This document shows, piece after piece, positions 48,189 to 61,411 of a DNA stretch of 61,411 nt. This DNA comes from Spizellomyces punctatus DAOM BR117. Lineage: Eukaryota. Position 1 is the stretch's first letter; each line of letters opens with the position of its first letter. The position numbers and the translations under genes are program-made. Where the stretch lies: NCBI GenBank assembly GCA_000182565.2, contig KQ257460.1, one strand, 5' to 3'. The notes beneath the pieces were generated by a model, which made no database searches, had not been told where the DNA came from, and saw only the letters and a program-made list of their open reading frames with translations.

Positions 48189-51100
48189 ATGGGATATCAT
48201 CCCACAATGCCCTTGTGCATTCATTTTATTGCCCTAGTACTCTGGGCAGCTTCCTTGGACATTGTCCCTTTAGCGTACGGCCAGACTACCATCACATATG
48301 GAGTGGTCCTTTCGTCCACTGACCCATCAATCGGTTCGTTTACAAACGCCCTGAACCTCGCCGTCGCCGATGTGAATGCCAATCCTACCCTGTTGTCCAA
48401 TGCGACACTAAGCCTTCGGTTCTACGATTCCAAAGCAAGTCCACGAGTCGTCGTGGCAGAGGGATTGAGAGCCATAGCAGAGGGTGTTAATGCGATAGTT
48501 GGTAGGTTCACAATGCCCTGAGTACTGAAATGTCGGGGTGGAAATATTGACTGCTTTGTGCTCCCCCATGAAAAAAGGCGAGGCAGATTCTGGTATCACT
48601 GAGGTAAGTTGAGATCGGTCAACTGTTTTGTCTAAGAGCGGTGGTACTGACGTTGCCGGTCTACTGGGCAGCCTCTTGTCCTTGCAACCGAAACGAAACT
48701 GATACCTGTCTGCTCGGGGGCTTCGACATCGCCCTCGCTTTCCAACAAAAGCGAATTTGCAACCTTCTTTCGAACGCTTCCTAGTGACAATGCTCAGGGC
48801 GCTGCTATGGTTTCGCTCATGTGGAAAATGGGATGGATGCGCGCAGGGATCATCAGTGAGGCCACTTCGTATGGCCAAGGCGTTGGAGACGCGCTTTTGG
48901 CGGCGATCAGGGAACAGAATGCGGGCATCAGTATCGACACACGCCTGTAAGTCCAGATGATCGAATTCTGCTTAGAAATTGCCGATATTAATCATGTTCT
49001 GTAAAGATCGTACGTGCCTGGGGATCAGATACAAGTCTCCAATCAACTCCAGTCTTTGAAAGAATCTGGAGTTCGCATTATTGTGGCCATCGGGGCGGAT
49101 TTCACACGTTTTGTCAATGTCATGAAAGAAGCCGACAACCTCGGTTTAATTGGAGACGATTATGTGTGGATCCTGTCCGATGCAGTAAGTATAGTATGGT
49201 TCTCCATCCCTGATCTGCGGATGCAGAACATATTCATTGGCTTACCGTGGTTTGGATTACCTAGTTTTTCCCTGTCTTTACCGAAGTCAAATCAAATGAC
49301 AAGCGCCTTTTCAAAGGTGCTTTGGCTGTATACCCTCAAGAGGGCGCCGGACCAAAATATACTCAGTATCGAAATGTACGTCAGAGGAGGTCTGATTTTT
49401 ATTGACATTGCAACCTCAGCTTATGTGCTGTATTATATATTGCAGGCTGGCAACCGGGAAAACCCTTACGACTTGTTTTATTATGATTGTGTAAGTTGCC
49501 TAAACTCTCCTTTCTATGCCAGGTTTTCTTTCTTCTAACGCAACCTGCATACAAAGGTTCTGGCACTTGCAGCAGCACACACTAAAATGTTGAGCGAAGG
49601 CGTCTCTCTTGCCAACTTGGCAGCAAACACTGTCCCGCCATTTAATATTACTCAGTTCACCCGCGTGAACTTTACTGGCATGACCGGGACTGTCGTATTT
49701 GACAAAGATGGAGATCGGGATGGGTAAGGCGGTTATGCAACGTGTGCTGAATTGCATCTAGATATTCTAAAACACACTCTCTTGGTTACATAGTGATTAT
49801 GCCCTCCACAGTTTCGACGGAAATACCGCGACACAAGTGGCAGTCATTCGCCGTGGCAAAACATTTGACCCTCCTCAACCCGTCATCAAATTCCATTCTG
49901 GATCAACCGTCGTCCCACTAGACACTCCGTCCTTTAAGCTGAATGTTGTCGAATGGACATCACCCATGGGCATCGCCATCAGTGCAATTTTCGGCGTCAT
50001 GATAATAGTGTGTATCGTCTCCATTGTCCTTTCCTTGACCTTCCGGAAGAGTTCCATCTTGAAGCCTGTCAGTCCAGTCTTTTGTGGGATCATCTCTTTC
50101 GGGCTTGCTTTGGTATTTGGCAGTGAGCTGGCGGATGTTGGTTGGAAGTCTACATTTACGTGCAACCTGTACCCTTGGCTATTGGGAATTGGATTCGCGA
50201 CTGCTCTGGTGAGTTTCTGATACGTCGCATTATTGGCCGATAGTCGTATATTCATATCGGAATTAGGCTTCGGTATTCGTCAAACAGTGGCGTATCTTTA
50301 GGATCTTTGAAAACGTTCAAATGGCCAAGCGGCCCATTCGGGATGGACGTCTTCTCTACATCTTCTCGGGTATTGTGAGCGTGCAAGTGGTGCGTAGTAT
50401 AATGATCCCTCTATTGCGCTGATCTTGCATTCATAGTTGGAGTTTACATTTCAGATTTTGTTGGGTATCATGACAGCCGCGTCGCCCCTTCGTCCCATCA
50501 GGATAATTGATCGGAAAACGGAAACGACTAGTTTTGTTTGCACAGCGACAAATACGGACATTCAGAATGGCCTAACCTACATAATATATGCCTACTGCGG
50601 TATTTTGCTGATTGTATGCACTTACCTTGGTAAGTTTCTTGTCCACTCTTACCACACGTTCAATCCAACTTACCATTTGTGCAGCTATCCGTACTCGCAA
50701 TGTTTACTCTGCCTTTAACGAATCAAAGTGGATCGGCCTCAGTGTATATAACATCATTCTATGCGGTCTAGCAGCTCTAGCAGTCACATACATTGGCGGC
50801 AACACCATGTCGGAACCGACGCGATTTGCTGTCCGGAATGCTGCAGTGTTTTTTGCAGCGACTGTGGCATACATTTCACTCGTCGGACGACTTTTGGCTG
50901 TGTTGATCGCAAAGGAAACAGGGTATGCCTCTGATATCATCAGCAGCGAGGATGGCAGCATAGGCCTCAGAAGCATGCCAAGTATCTTCCCAAGTCTAAA
51001 TTCTGGCACCCCTCGGTCGGCAAATGCCTCGCTGATGACCGCACAAATTCGGCAAGCTAGCTTCCCGATGAAGCACGTGGGGAAAATGGGTGCTGTGTGG

Positions 51101-51598
51101 AAACAACAAACTATGACCTTGGCACTTGGTTCTGAAAAGGTTTTAAGCTTGATAGAGACCAATGCAGAGGTACAGGTTAATCTGTTTTCTAGTATACATT
51201 CTGAACATACTCATTCATTAACGGCGTTTATGTCTGTTTCTAGAACACGGTAGGACTACTCATACGACTCAAGGACGTTAAAGCTCGGCTGTTGGTCCCA
51301 GAAGATCCTGACCCACATGACCTCCGCCATTGTCGGTTCGAGATAAGATGGGGAAATGTGATGATGAAAGTTCAAGGTATACACTGATGATACCTATTCG
51401 CTATTGTCATCACGTATTTACTTTGTAAATTCTTCATCAGGTGCAACAATAGCAGAGTGCGAGGAATGGGTTTATCTCATAAATAGCGGGGGATTAAGCT
51501 CGGGAGCTTCACAATCTCCTGCACGAGGGGTTAGAGACCGAGATGTGACGACAGCGCGGACGTCTGGATTGCAGGTCGACCAGATCAAATCGGGTTGA
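48189..51598 (+). CDS. Class C (GABA-B/glutamate-type) GPCR: signal peptide, Venus-flytrap domain, 7TM and PH-like C-terminal domain; many exons
   Basis: LAVADVNANPTLL, STSPSLSNKSEFATFFRTLPSD, FTGMTGTVVFDKDGDR (periplasmic-binding/ANF-receptor fold); SPVFCGII, CNLYPWLLGIGF, KQWRIFRIF and TRNVYSAFNESKWIGLSVYN (7tm_3 motifs). Confidence 0.9.
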
Positions 51599-51991
51599 GC
51601 CTAGTTCAACAGTTCAACCCCATATTTTGCGAGTGAAAAAGAATGTTTTTTAGAGTTTTACGGCATTATAGAATTACAATCAATTGACAGTTCATATACA
51701 TTAAGTTTCCTTCCCACCTTGTGCATGTATCTGTCACGTGTTGAGCAAGGCCATAATGACACCGAACCAGCTACGTTTCCCTTTTTCAATGAGCTATTGC
51801 ACGATATGGACTGAGTGCATACAAATCTATTGTGATACATGGGACTTCATGCACTTGACCCTTTGTGTGTACAAAAGCTAATTCATTGATTTTCACATAT
51901 GTGTCTAGATTTACAAAATGACAAGAAAAATGACAAGGCCGAAGCCGGGGAATTCTAAGAGAAAGAGACGTTCTAATCCACTATCTAGTGC

Positions 51992-54183
51992 TCAGAAAAC
52001 AAAACTGGCAACCAAAGCAACCAATACGGCGCTAAATCCTCCAACGGAAGAATGCATGGCACTGGAGATGATTGGTATGTTGCCAGTCGGGTTCTGATCA
52101 GGGGTCGAGGTGTTGTTACCGATGGTAGGCTGCGTAATAACTTCTGCGTCCTCGGGGAGAGGAAGGGGTTTGTAGTCAGGCTTCTTATCAACAGTATCAC
52201 CGTCTTCATTTGTAACAGGGCCGGCATTATAGGTAGGCAAACTACCCGCGTCTTCCTGGCATGTCAATCCAGAGTAACCCGGTTTGCACATGCACCCGTT
52301 AGGAGTGCAGACTCCGTTCTGGCCGCACCCACTGGGGCAAGAATTGGTTCCCAAGCCGTTTTCCTTTTGAACCTTGTCACCTTCTTTTTGTTCCGCAGGG
52401 TCGGCAGAGCACTTTTGAGCGTCAGTTTTGGCACGGCAATTGCCCAACATTTGTGCTTTGATGCCCTCTGAGAAGATGAAAGAACCTGTGCGAACAGCGT
52501 CCTTGACACAAGACATGATGTAGAAGGGGTGATCGACTTGAGACTCGCAGCCGGGAACGTTGAAGAGTTTTGTACAGTAATCAACAGCCTGATTATAGAA
52601 TTGTTCAGGGCAGGTCGGGGGACGAGGGACCGTGGGAGTTTCGCCAGGCATGTAGATGGGCTCATTGTCGCCACCGTTGCTTGGTTGGGCCGGGGTGGCC
52701 GTGACCGTAGCGGTGGCAGTAACTGTCTGCGTAATAGGAGTGTATGTCGGAAGTGCGGTGATGGTTGTGTAGTACGTATCCGTAACCGTTGAGGTTGCTG
52801 TCGTGTAGGCAGTCGACGGAGCAGCTGTAACAGTGACCTCTTGAGTAATTTGTGTAGTTTGGTACACAACGCTACTGACGACAATGGTGGTAGCAGAAGC
52901 CGCAACGGTGGTGGAGGCAGAATCCCCAGCGGTGGTCGTGGCTGGCGCAGTGGTGGCAGGACCAGAGGACGAAGCAATTTCAGTAGCTGCCACCGTCGTG
53001 GTCGTGGCCGGAGCGGTTTCAACGGCCGTGGAGGTGATAGTGTTCGTAATAACCGTAGGAATTACAACAGTCGAAACTTGAGTGGCGACCGGCGGAATGG
53101 GTTGAGCAGTGCACGCATTACCACCATTGTAAACGGGAGGTTTTCCCTTATGCGCACAGTTGGCACCGCAGACGAAAATGTCATCTTCGGGAGGGACTTT
53201 CCAAGTGTCACCAAATACGCTGCCCTTCTTGGTCTTGGTGCCATCTGCACATACCAAATCCGTATCGTCACCGTCTTCGTAAACGTTACAGAGACCTCCG
53301 ACTTGTTTGTAGTAAGGACCGCCGAGACGAACCGTCACATCAACATAGTTGAAAGTGTTGAAAACGTTGGAATTCAATTCAATCTGGGAGCCATCTTCGG
53401 CAATTTCGATAACGTAATGGCGCAAATCCGCTCCAGCCGTAATCTTCAGGCCTTGAATAGCAGCGGATGCTTGGCGGAGAATCATGGCCGCCTTATTGCC
53501 TTTCTGCTCGGTGGTGATGACAACTACTGCTTCACCATAGCGAATGGCGACTCCATTATTGCAGCCGACGCCTGGGCTGCAGTAAAATTGGGTTGTTTGG
53601 ATAGTCAACATGTCATGTTTGACGAGGTAGTGAGTACCCTGAGAATGGTCTGTATAGATAGGTCCAAGAGTGTTAGATGTCAAGATTTGAAATCCCAGAT
53701 AAAAGTGAACAACAACTTACAGTCATAGCGAATTCCACCAAAGGTCTTGTAGTGGGGATCGCCAACAGTCGTACAGGTAACTGCCTTTTTGTACTCTCTC
53801 TTGACTGGGTATTTGGCCTCTCCACCGTGGTATACGGATCCAGGTGCATTACACCGCCCGAGAAGGTTGTACGTAAGCTCGCCGATCTTTGTATACTGGT
53901 TGATGGGGAAGAGCGTGATGCCTTTCCAGGTATTCCAGTCGTTGGAATTGTATTCGGTCGTGCAGTTGCTTGATTTCATGCCAGGTGTGTCCCAGATGAT
54001 GGTGGCCTTGTCCTTTGGGGGACTCTTGAGTCGGCATTTGAACTCTGTTGCAATCTTGACGTCGGCAATGGAGAGGAGTGGAGGATCAAACTCTAGGAAA
54101 TCTGTAATGCTCTGTCCCAAGACCGAGGTCGACGCCCCAAGCAACAAGCTTGAAGCAAGGAGAATCTTTGATAGAAGAGGCAT
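51992..54183 (-). CDS. Secreted, probably GPI-anchored surface protein with VWD domain, Thr-rich mucin-like stalk, C8-like Cys region and EGF-like domain (2 exons)
   Basis: Signal peptide; CTTVGDPHYKTFGGIRYD|Y and VGGLCNVY..D..D..FGDTWKV (VWD); Thr-rich tract; C..VDHPFYIMSCVKD (C8-like); CPSGCGQNGVCTPNGCMCKPGYSGLTC (EGF); hydrophobic C-terminus. Confidence 0.88.
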
Positions 54184-55124
54184 AACTGAGAGATCTATAG
54201 ATCTATAAAATTGTAGGCAGGAGGTCTATAGGAATGGGGGACAAGGGGAAACCTCGACGGACAACCCTCTTTTAAGTTGGCAGAGGAGATGCCCTTGTCC
54301 TTTGCACTTCTCGTAAAGGACCACAGCCTCTTCTCTCTTTTTCCAACGACAACGGAAGGAAGGTCATGTCTTTCTTACTCTAATCTTTCTAGTGTCCAGT
54401 TGGAATAGTTCATTAAAAAAGCAAACCCTTTATTCCGTGGCGAAAGTTACGGCAAACTCTCTCTCCATGGCTGTATAGTTTTCCAAAGTTCGACCTAGAT
54501 GTTCCTTTTGTCCAACAATATGAAATTAAAGAGAAATTTCTCTCCTTTGCCTTGCCCACCACCATTGCTGAATGCAAGTGGTTTTATTTCCTTTTATTTT
54601 GCAAAAAGCAACTTGAAGGCCACACTTTTATCTGCGGTGGAGTCTTTTTCCTCTTGTTCTTTTTAACAAACAATAACGAATAATGCCACACCCATGCAAA
54701 AAATGGCTATCCATTTTACGATAATCTCATTGGTGTTTGCTAGTGCTCATCGTTTTAAAAGCAAAAGCTGAACTTGGAAAAGAAAGCGGCAAACCTTGTC
54801 CACGTGATTTTGATGTCATCCCCCCTTTTGTCTCAGGTGCGGATCCTTGCGGTTCGTTAGGGATTAGGTAAGGGCACGCGCTCCTTAAACCCAGACGCTT
54901 GACAAGGTGTGTGTAGTCGGGTGTTTTTGTTTGACGTGCGAGAAACAAAAAAAAAAAAAAGGAAAAACAAGGTCTGCGAATAAGGGGCTCGCAAAACGAC
55001 TGGGAAAGACAGCCATCATGACTTCCGGCCCCTCAGATAGCGACAATATGGACCTTCTTTGTGGAAAACTTGTTTTCAACCTCCTCGTGGTTGTTGTCGT
55101 TGTCTGCGCAACGAGTAGAGCACC

Positions 55125-57319
55125 ATGTCTGAAGGATGTCGTCTTGTCGTGGCAGACCTGCCAATAGAAATTATCTGCCATATATTCTCGTTTCTTTCCT
55201 TCCATGAGCAAATACCAGGGTTAGCAAAAGTGTGTCGTACTTGGCGAGGTGCTCTACGGGACCTTCGTGTAAGATATCTCCACGTTTACAGCGGTTCTCT
55301 ACTACCTTTTAACAAATGCTAATTTTTCATCTCCGGATATAGACATTGAGCTTGGAGGCCACAATTTCTGTTTTGGATTATACACTGCCTAGGATTCTAT
55401 CAGGGTATCCCCGCCTCGAACGTCTCATCATTGAGCCGTCTCGTTACATTGACACCATCGATGCCGCCTACCTTCTGACAAAGGTAGCACAACAGTTTAG
55501 AGGACATTCCACGTTACGCTATCTCTTTTGCTCGAGCGATTGGATAGTACCTGGCGCAGTGGAGGGTTGTCCTCGATTAGAGGTCCTTATTGTACCAAGC
55601 TTGCGGGGAAAGGAAGAAGAAGAAGAGGAAGAACCGCAAGGGGTTAGTGGAATGGAAGAAGATGGTAGAGGATCCGGTATGGATACAATGGATGTGGAGT
55701 ATCCAGATGATTTGCACGAAAGTGAACGAAGAATAGGAGGGAGGCATTGGGAAATTTGGCGAGGGTCGGGAATGAGAAGAAATTTGACATGGATCATGAA
55801 GCACAAACCTACTCTTACCCACATTGAGATGAACAAGCCGACTTTTTGGAATCGTATACCAAAGGTGGCTCCGGCTTCTCCATCGCCAATATTAAAACAT
55901 CTGAAACTGTCGGATATTTGCTCATGGGCACTGGTCAACTTTCTTGATGTCCTTCGACAGTCTGGTCAACTAGAGCGACCTGGCCTACCGCACCTCACCA
56001 CATTAACGTTGGATTTAGACTGGCTCATCGTCCCAACGAACGCGTACGAAGCTATTTCTCTTGGCTGCCCGAATTTGCAATCCCTTACCTTCATATACGC
56101 CAACTTGACACCGGCTGGCGTGGAAGCTATAGCCACTCATCTCCCTCGGTTAAAGTGTCTGGTGATGGACAAATGCGACATGTGGTTTTACCACGGCTGG
56201 ATGTCTTTGGTACGGTACCTCTGTAGTAGAATGAAGGAACTGGAAAAAGTTGGCTTGGAAAAGTGTTCTTTCAGAGAGCTGCCGCTCACGATGCAAGTAC
56301 GGTTCCCTGTATATAGTACGCGAGCAGGAACAATGGGATGGTGGACACATTCACTGCGGTCGCTGAAATTGTACGCAAATGATGAATATCGACCAAGTAC
56401 AGCCGATCTCAAAGAGGTAGTGGAACGCTTTCCACAGCTGCAGGAGTTGAAACTGGAAGTCCCAGCGGAAACGTTTACAAAGGATGGAATCGCGGTGTGG
56501 GGTCCTGCTGCGGTCAACTTACACGGCTTGAAGAAACTAGTCCTGCGGAGTGGCAAGTACGAACCATACGGGACAGAGCCAGTTGCGGGTGATACTCCAC
56601 TCCACTTGCCGAACCTTCAGACCCTGTCCATATGGTCATGCCCCATTTTCCCTTTCAACTTTATTCTACCGAATGCATCGAATCTTACCACTCTGAAGCT
56701 CAATTTTCTTCCCACAATCTTACCTGACACGACCTTTATCAGTCTTCCAAACCTTCGCTATCTTGCTGTCCGAGGGATAACGATACTTGCTCATCAAATA
56801 TGTCTGTCGATCGTTAATGCCCTCACCGCGGACAGCCCCAAACTTGAAGTTTTGATAATGGAGGCACTCCATCGAGATTGCTCGAATCTCCCGTCCACAT
56901 TTTTTCCCCGTCTTGTCGAAAAGTGCCCAAAACTCAAGGTGATACGGCTAGATCGCTTCATAACCCCAAGGTGCACTCTTACACTGCTGGCAAGTGCCAC
57001 TATTTGGCCTGATCTCGTGTCTTTTCATGTTTGGGGCCAATCGGCTATTCATGGAGCCACATTGGAATGGGAGCAAACTTCACTCGGTCCGTTTTTGCAA
57101 ACCCACCGATTGCTCCGATCCTTCCACGTCGGCTTGCATACTCTGGAAGTGCCGGGATTTGAACTAGAGGGTAGATGTATGGATGAGCACGGGTATGCCC
57201 GGAATGTTGTCTCGTATGCAACGTATGCAAGGTCTATCAAAGCACGTTGGTGGTGGTTAGAAGATGTTGTGGTTCATGGCCCTATTAAGCGACGAAGCGT
57301 CGCAGACTCGCTCCTGTAA
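55125..57319 (+). CDS. F-box / leucine-rich-repeat protein (2 exons)
   Basis: DLPIEIICHIFSFLS...LAKVCRTWR (F-box) followed by many CPxLxxLxL / LPxLxxL repeats. Confidence 0.88.
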
Positions 57320-57630
57320 CAACGCAACAAGAAACAGTTTCATAGATAGTATATAGGTATTTGTAGATGAGGCTTGTGGAAATAAACTTTTGGTTATCTT
57401 GATCAGGAGGATGCACAGCCCAACAAAAGGACCCCATAGTTTTTAGCGCTAGTGGCTTAGTACGATGCGAGACAAAAGGGGAACGCGGGTTGTTTCAGCG
57501 GCAAGTTTCATTTGCGCAACCCCCAAGCCGCACAGCGCTTACGGCACCAATTTTACAAGACCTGAGCTTGCAAGCGACAAGTGTTCCCATTTCATTCTTA
57601 CCTCGTCGCTCATTTGCCTGGCGCAAAAGA

Positions 57631-60600
57631 ATGAGTGAGGGTGCGACCATGCGAGAGTTGGTTTCAACAACCGCTCGAGATGGAGATCCGTCAAGCCCAC
57701 ACCAGCGACAGTCCATAGCGTCGTACTATACGGACATGACATTTCCCACCCTAACTCAAGCTCTCCGAATTCGAACTAGTGCTCACTTTGAGGCAAGGGA
57801 CTCGAACTGGAGCGGATCGCCTTCATTGATATCAGCTCCATCTGATTTTGTGTCGGAGCCCCGGAGCTCACTTGCGGCTTCCTTCACATACGATAAAGAT
57901 GGCGAGCAGGCATATTTTATGTTAATGCAGCAACAGCAACAGCTACAGCAACAACAACCGGCAAACCCTATCAGCGGTCGTTTGACTGGATCTACACCAA
58001 GGCGATCTATCATCAAAACTGCCGCGAAGCAGAGGTCAAGGTCGCGGCCCATGTCCCGAGTATCGGAAGATGCTTCCGCGCTCAAAGGTAGTATTGGTGA
58101 ACTAGAAATAAATACCGAGCTACATCCCACCAGCGATATAGAGGCGAAGCAATATATAGCGGGCGCTCCCCATTCAACCCGATATCGAGAAGCTCCTGGC
58201 AAGGAGAGCGGATCTGACAATAGCCAGCGCGACTCAGTTCTACCATCTGCTGAATCGCAGAAGATCCCTGCTCTGAACTACTATTCACTGCCCTCTCCAA
58301 AGTTTGTTTCGATGGTGAATCTTCCCGACGTAGCGCAACCTAAATATGCGGAAACGAGGTCATCGGCCTCGTTCGGAATGACACCAGTGAGCGCGCAAGA
58401 TGGCGTAACCCCACCTATATCACCCCCAGATAGCGCATTACTGCCTACTCCGTCTGTGTCTATAAGTTCACCGTCTGTGACCAACGGAACCGTGACTAGT
58501 GCGAGCCAAAGCGATACAACCATAGATTCCAGAGGGAATATGATGCATTCTGTGATGCAGTCCTTGTTTCCATCGTCTCTTGGTGCAATCTCTCCTGTTT
58601 TCTCGGGTCATTTGTATAAACTGGGGCGAAACAAGCGATGGCAATGGCGGGTAAGCCATTTTTCGACAGTTCAGAAATTATGCTTCCGGCTGTTCTAACA
58701 TATCCTTGTTGCAGCTCCTTCGCTTTGATGGTACCCTGTTGACATGCCTTGGCACTAGTAAAATAAAACTTCCCAGAAAAACAGCCGCCGTTTTGTCATC
58801 AACAACTAATACAACCTACATTCCTATCCCTAATGCTCAACCGATGCCTCTTCTCACAAGTGCTCTACTTGCGGACGAACATCATTCGCCGCTGACTACC
58901 AACGCTGGGTCGCCAGTGTCCAAATGGGTTCACCTTCCAAAATGGACGATCCACATTGGGAGTGTAACGCATATTTCTTTATTAAAGCGTACAAAGAATC
59001 GGCGAATGTACCAACCTGTCGACCTTCCCATAGATGGGGCCTCACCGAAGAGTACAACGGCAGGTGGTGATGGCAAGTCGGAGGCGGGCACACAACCGGA
59101 ACGTACTACGCCTGCGTGGTTTGGAAACGCCAAGAAATGTTTTGTTATCCGAACTAATGACGGGAAGAACTATATCTTGCGGGCCAAGAAAAATGAAGAT
59201 CTGGAGCGCTGGTTGTTTGTACTTGTGGCGATGTGGAGAGTAGTGCGTGCTGGCATTGCTGATGGTTCCACGCAACTCTCTCAAAGGCAATCGGTGTCGC
59301 TGGGTGGTGACATGTGGATGGATACTATCGGAAGAATTAGACGACATGTTTCCTTTGTACCGCCCCCGATTGAGCATTCTGTAGAATATCCACAAGGACG
59401 ACGAAGATCCACTTCAGAACCTGCTCCAGTGGATATGCTAGCGATCATGTCATCATCTTCCTCTAAATCCGGGCGAATGTCGGTGGCAAGTAACAGGATA
59501 TCCGTGGACCATGCAATGCGTCAGCGTCGGGAGTCTCAGCAGCGTCAAGCAGCTCCAAAAAGTGCCCCTATTCCGGAAGAGGGACCACTTTCTGCCAATG
59601 TCGTGGACGACGATAAATCTTGGATACATGATGTAGATCTCGTCACCAGTGGAGCGCAAATCACACCGATTGATGTTACATCGGATTCCGATCCGAAAGG
59701 CGACAGCGGTTCCTCAGTACGGCCAATAACCGTTTTTAGCGTCACGATCATGCAGCAGTTGGATGAACTTGCTCGTGATCTTCGCGGTGCCCAGCAGAGA
59801 CAACTGGAGTTGTCCAAATTGGGGGTAAAGACCGGCATGGTTACGCTACCATGGTACCCTGAAAGAAAAGATTCGCTGCCTGAAGTCACTGGCGCTCCCA
59901 ACGTAGTCACTCACGGACGACCTACGAACCGCAGAATGGAGGATCGGCGTGGAGAACGCAGGAGTCCTGTCAAGCAACATCAACCAATGCCGGCGCCAGG
60001 ACAAGGGCGAGACAGAGTTTTAGAGCATTCTCGGGAGGACGAGAGGCCGATGGAGCAACCTCAGGAACGCGGGCATCCGTATGAAGAACAGCAGCCAGAA
60101 GCTCTTCAAGACATCACGTACCCGCCGCGTTTAGAATCTAAAAACTCACACTTTTTGCGGGGAGGAAAGGGTAAAAACAAGCTGGCACAGAAAGGCTCTT
60201 CTGACGACGACGTAGTTGCAACGCGTAGAGAAACCGTCGTAACTTACCATCCCGATGACGCAGCCAATACGCACCACGTAACGGTATCGGAGAACGGCAG
60301 CATCAAAGCCGACTCACCACCTGTAACTGCAACTAATATGCCAACTCAACCTATAAAACCTTCACGTCTCAAGACCCTGCAATCGACACCTACCATTACG
60401 TGGGCCCCACTCCCACCTTCCATCTCATCCGGCAACGCCGAAAAACGCGTCCCCCGTTCTTCAGCCTCCATCTCACAGGCTGTAGCAGACGCATGGCGAT
60501 CATCCCTGGCCAGTCTCATCGAACATGACAAAGGCGTCCGAGTATCGGTGTCTGGGGAAGCTCCAGGTGAACTGAGCTTGGATCGCTGGATCGAAATGAG

Positions 60601-60658
60601 AAGGCGCCAAGTCGATTGGAGTCGAGTTGAGGTATCTACCGGCCAGGGAACCATCTAG
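57631..60658 (+). CDS. PH-domain protein with long disordered flanks (2 exons, intron at about 58651-58714)
   Basis: FSGHLYKLGRNKRWQWR|LLRFDGTLLTC...PKWTIHIGSV...CFVIRTNDGKNYILRAKKNEDLERWLFVL, plus a polyQ tract. Confidence 0.85.
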
Positions 60659-60948
60659 ATAGCTGCTATATTATTTCTAGAATTGTAGCAAGTAGCCACT
60701 GATCGAACATTTGCGTCATGTGTTATCTTTGAGTAGGTTTTATATAGATATTTTAATCTCTGTTGCAGATTAGACCTATGAGTGTAGATTATTCTAGATG
60801 GAATGTGTAAGTAATTTCTCTCTTCAGTATGTCTCTTTTTTCCCGAATCTCTTGTTAAGCTGTGTGTGCAGTAAGTATGACAGGCAAATGTCCGCGTCGG
60901 AGCTTATGTTATTGATAAGTACATCCTGACCTCTCGTACTGATAACAA

Positions 60949-61020
60949 TCCGCATTGGTCCAGTGGTTAGGATTCCGCGCTCTCACCGCGGCGGCCGGGG
61001 TTCGATTCCCCGATGCGGAA
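60949..61020 (+). tRNA. tRNA-Glu-CTC: tRNA-Glu (anticodon CTC), intronless
   Basis: Acceptor stem TCCGCAT/ATGCGGA, D-arm region TGGTCCAGTGGTTAGGA, anticodon arm CCGCG-CTCTCAC-CGCGG and T-arm CGGGG-TTCGATT-CCCCG; 72 nt. Confidence 0.97.
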
Positions 61021-61243
61021 CTATGGGGTTTGCGTGACCGATATTTTTCCAGATGCCTCTAATCGGTGCTGACAGGCAATCTATGACATGACCATATTGA
61101 TTTTGCTCCAAATCAAATCGAGCTGGACAAAGGACAGTAGATTTCTTTCTAACAGTATCTGATATATTCACATCAAGGAACAGACCGGAAAAATTATATG
61201 TACATGCAAGACAAATTTGGACTATCGCCTAGTCTCCAATAAT

Positions 61244-61411
61244 ATGTCTGCGCCTAATAGAAGGTTTGACGCAACAGCACAAGAGGGTTCACACCAACAA
61301 CAGTCTACGCTCAAGATCCTCCTAGATTCAGCTCACTCACAACCCCTTCCATTAACGAGCTGTGGTCCGGATGTGAAAAGACGACATTCTGTCGTACGTG
61401 CTGCGAATCTT
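61244..61411 (+). CDS. Possible 5' end of a gene running off the window
   Basis: ATG at 61244 with the frame open to the window end (MSAPNRRFDATAQ...). No motif recognised. Confidence 0.3.
   Translation, partial: MSAPNRRFDATAQEGSHQQQSTLKILLDSAHSQPLPLTSCGPDVKRRHSVVRAANL

Noticed and set aside
52264-53728. Long alternative-frame and antisense ORFs (252 and 295 aa) over the VWD gene
   Set aside because: These are shadow ORFs explained by the codon bias of the Thr/Ala-rich coding strand.
60983-61171. 62-aa minus-strand ORF ending HRGIEPRPPR
   Set aside because: Its end is the antisense translation of the tRNA-Glu gene.

Overview
This is gene-dense eukaryotic DNA, not prokaryotic. Most genes are split by short (about 55-110 nt) GT-AG introns with CTAAC/CTGAC-type branch sites, so the ORF track fragments them. 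The gene content (GPI-type chitin deacetylase, Spa2/GIT, DUF1769, sterol glucosyltransferase, cytochrome b5-acyl-CoA dehydrogenase, plus animal-like class C GPCR and VWD/EGF proteins) points to an early-diverging fungus, probably a chytrid (inference). I annotate about 28 protein-coding genes, one tRNA-Glu(CTC) and several short repeats, and I see no CRISPR, rRNA or transposase. The most notable items are: (1) two neighbouring GH5 mannanase-like paralogues without signal peptides, one with an N-myristoyl/palmitoyl motif and one with two hydrophobic helices inserted inside the catalytic barrel, close to an F-box/PP2(Nictaba)-lectin gene; (2) a 155-nt intergenic near-perfect hairpin; (3) a Venus-flytrap class C GPCR with an apparent C-terminal PH domain; (4) a GDPH-containing VWD/C8/EGF surface protein; (5) an intronless orphan that looks bacterial. 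All family calls come from motif recognition by eye, and exon boundaries are manual.
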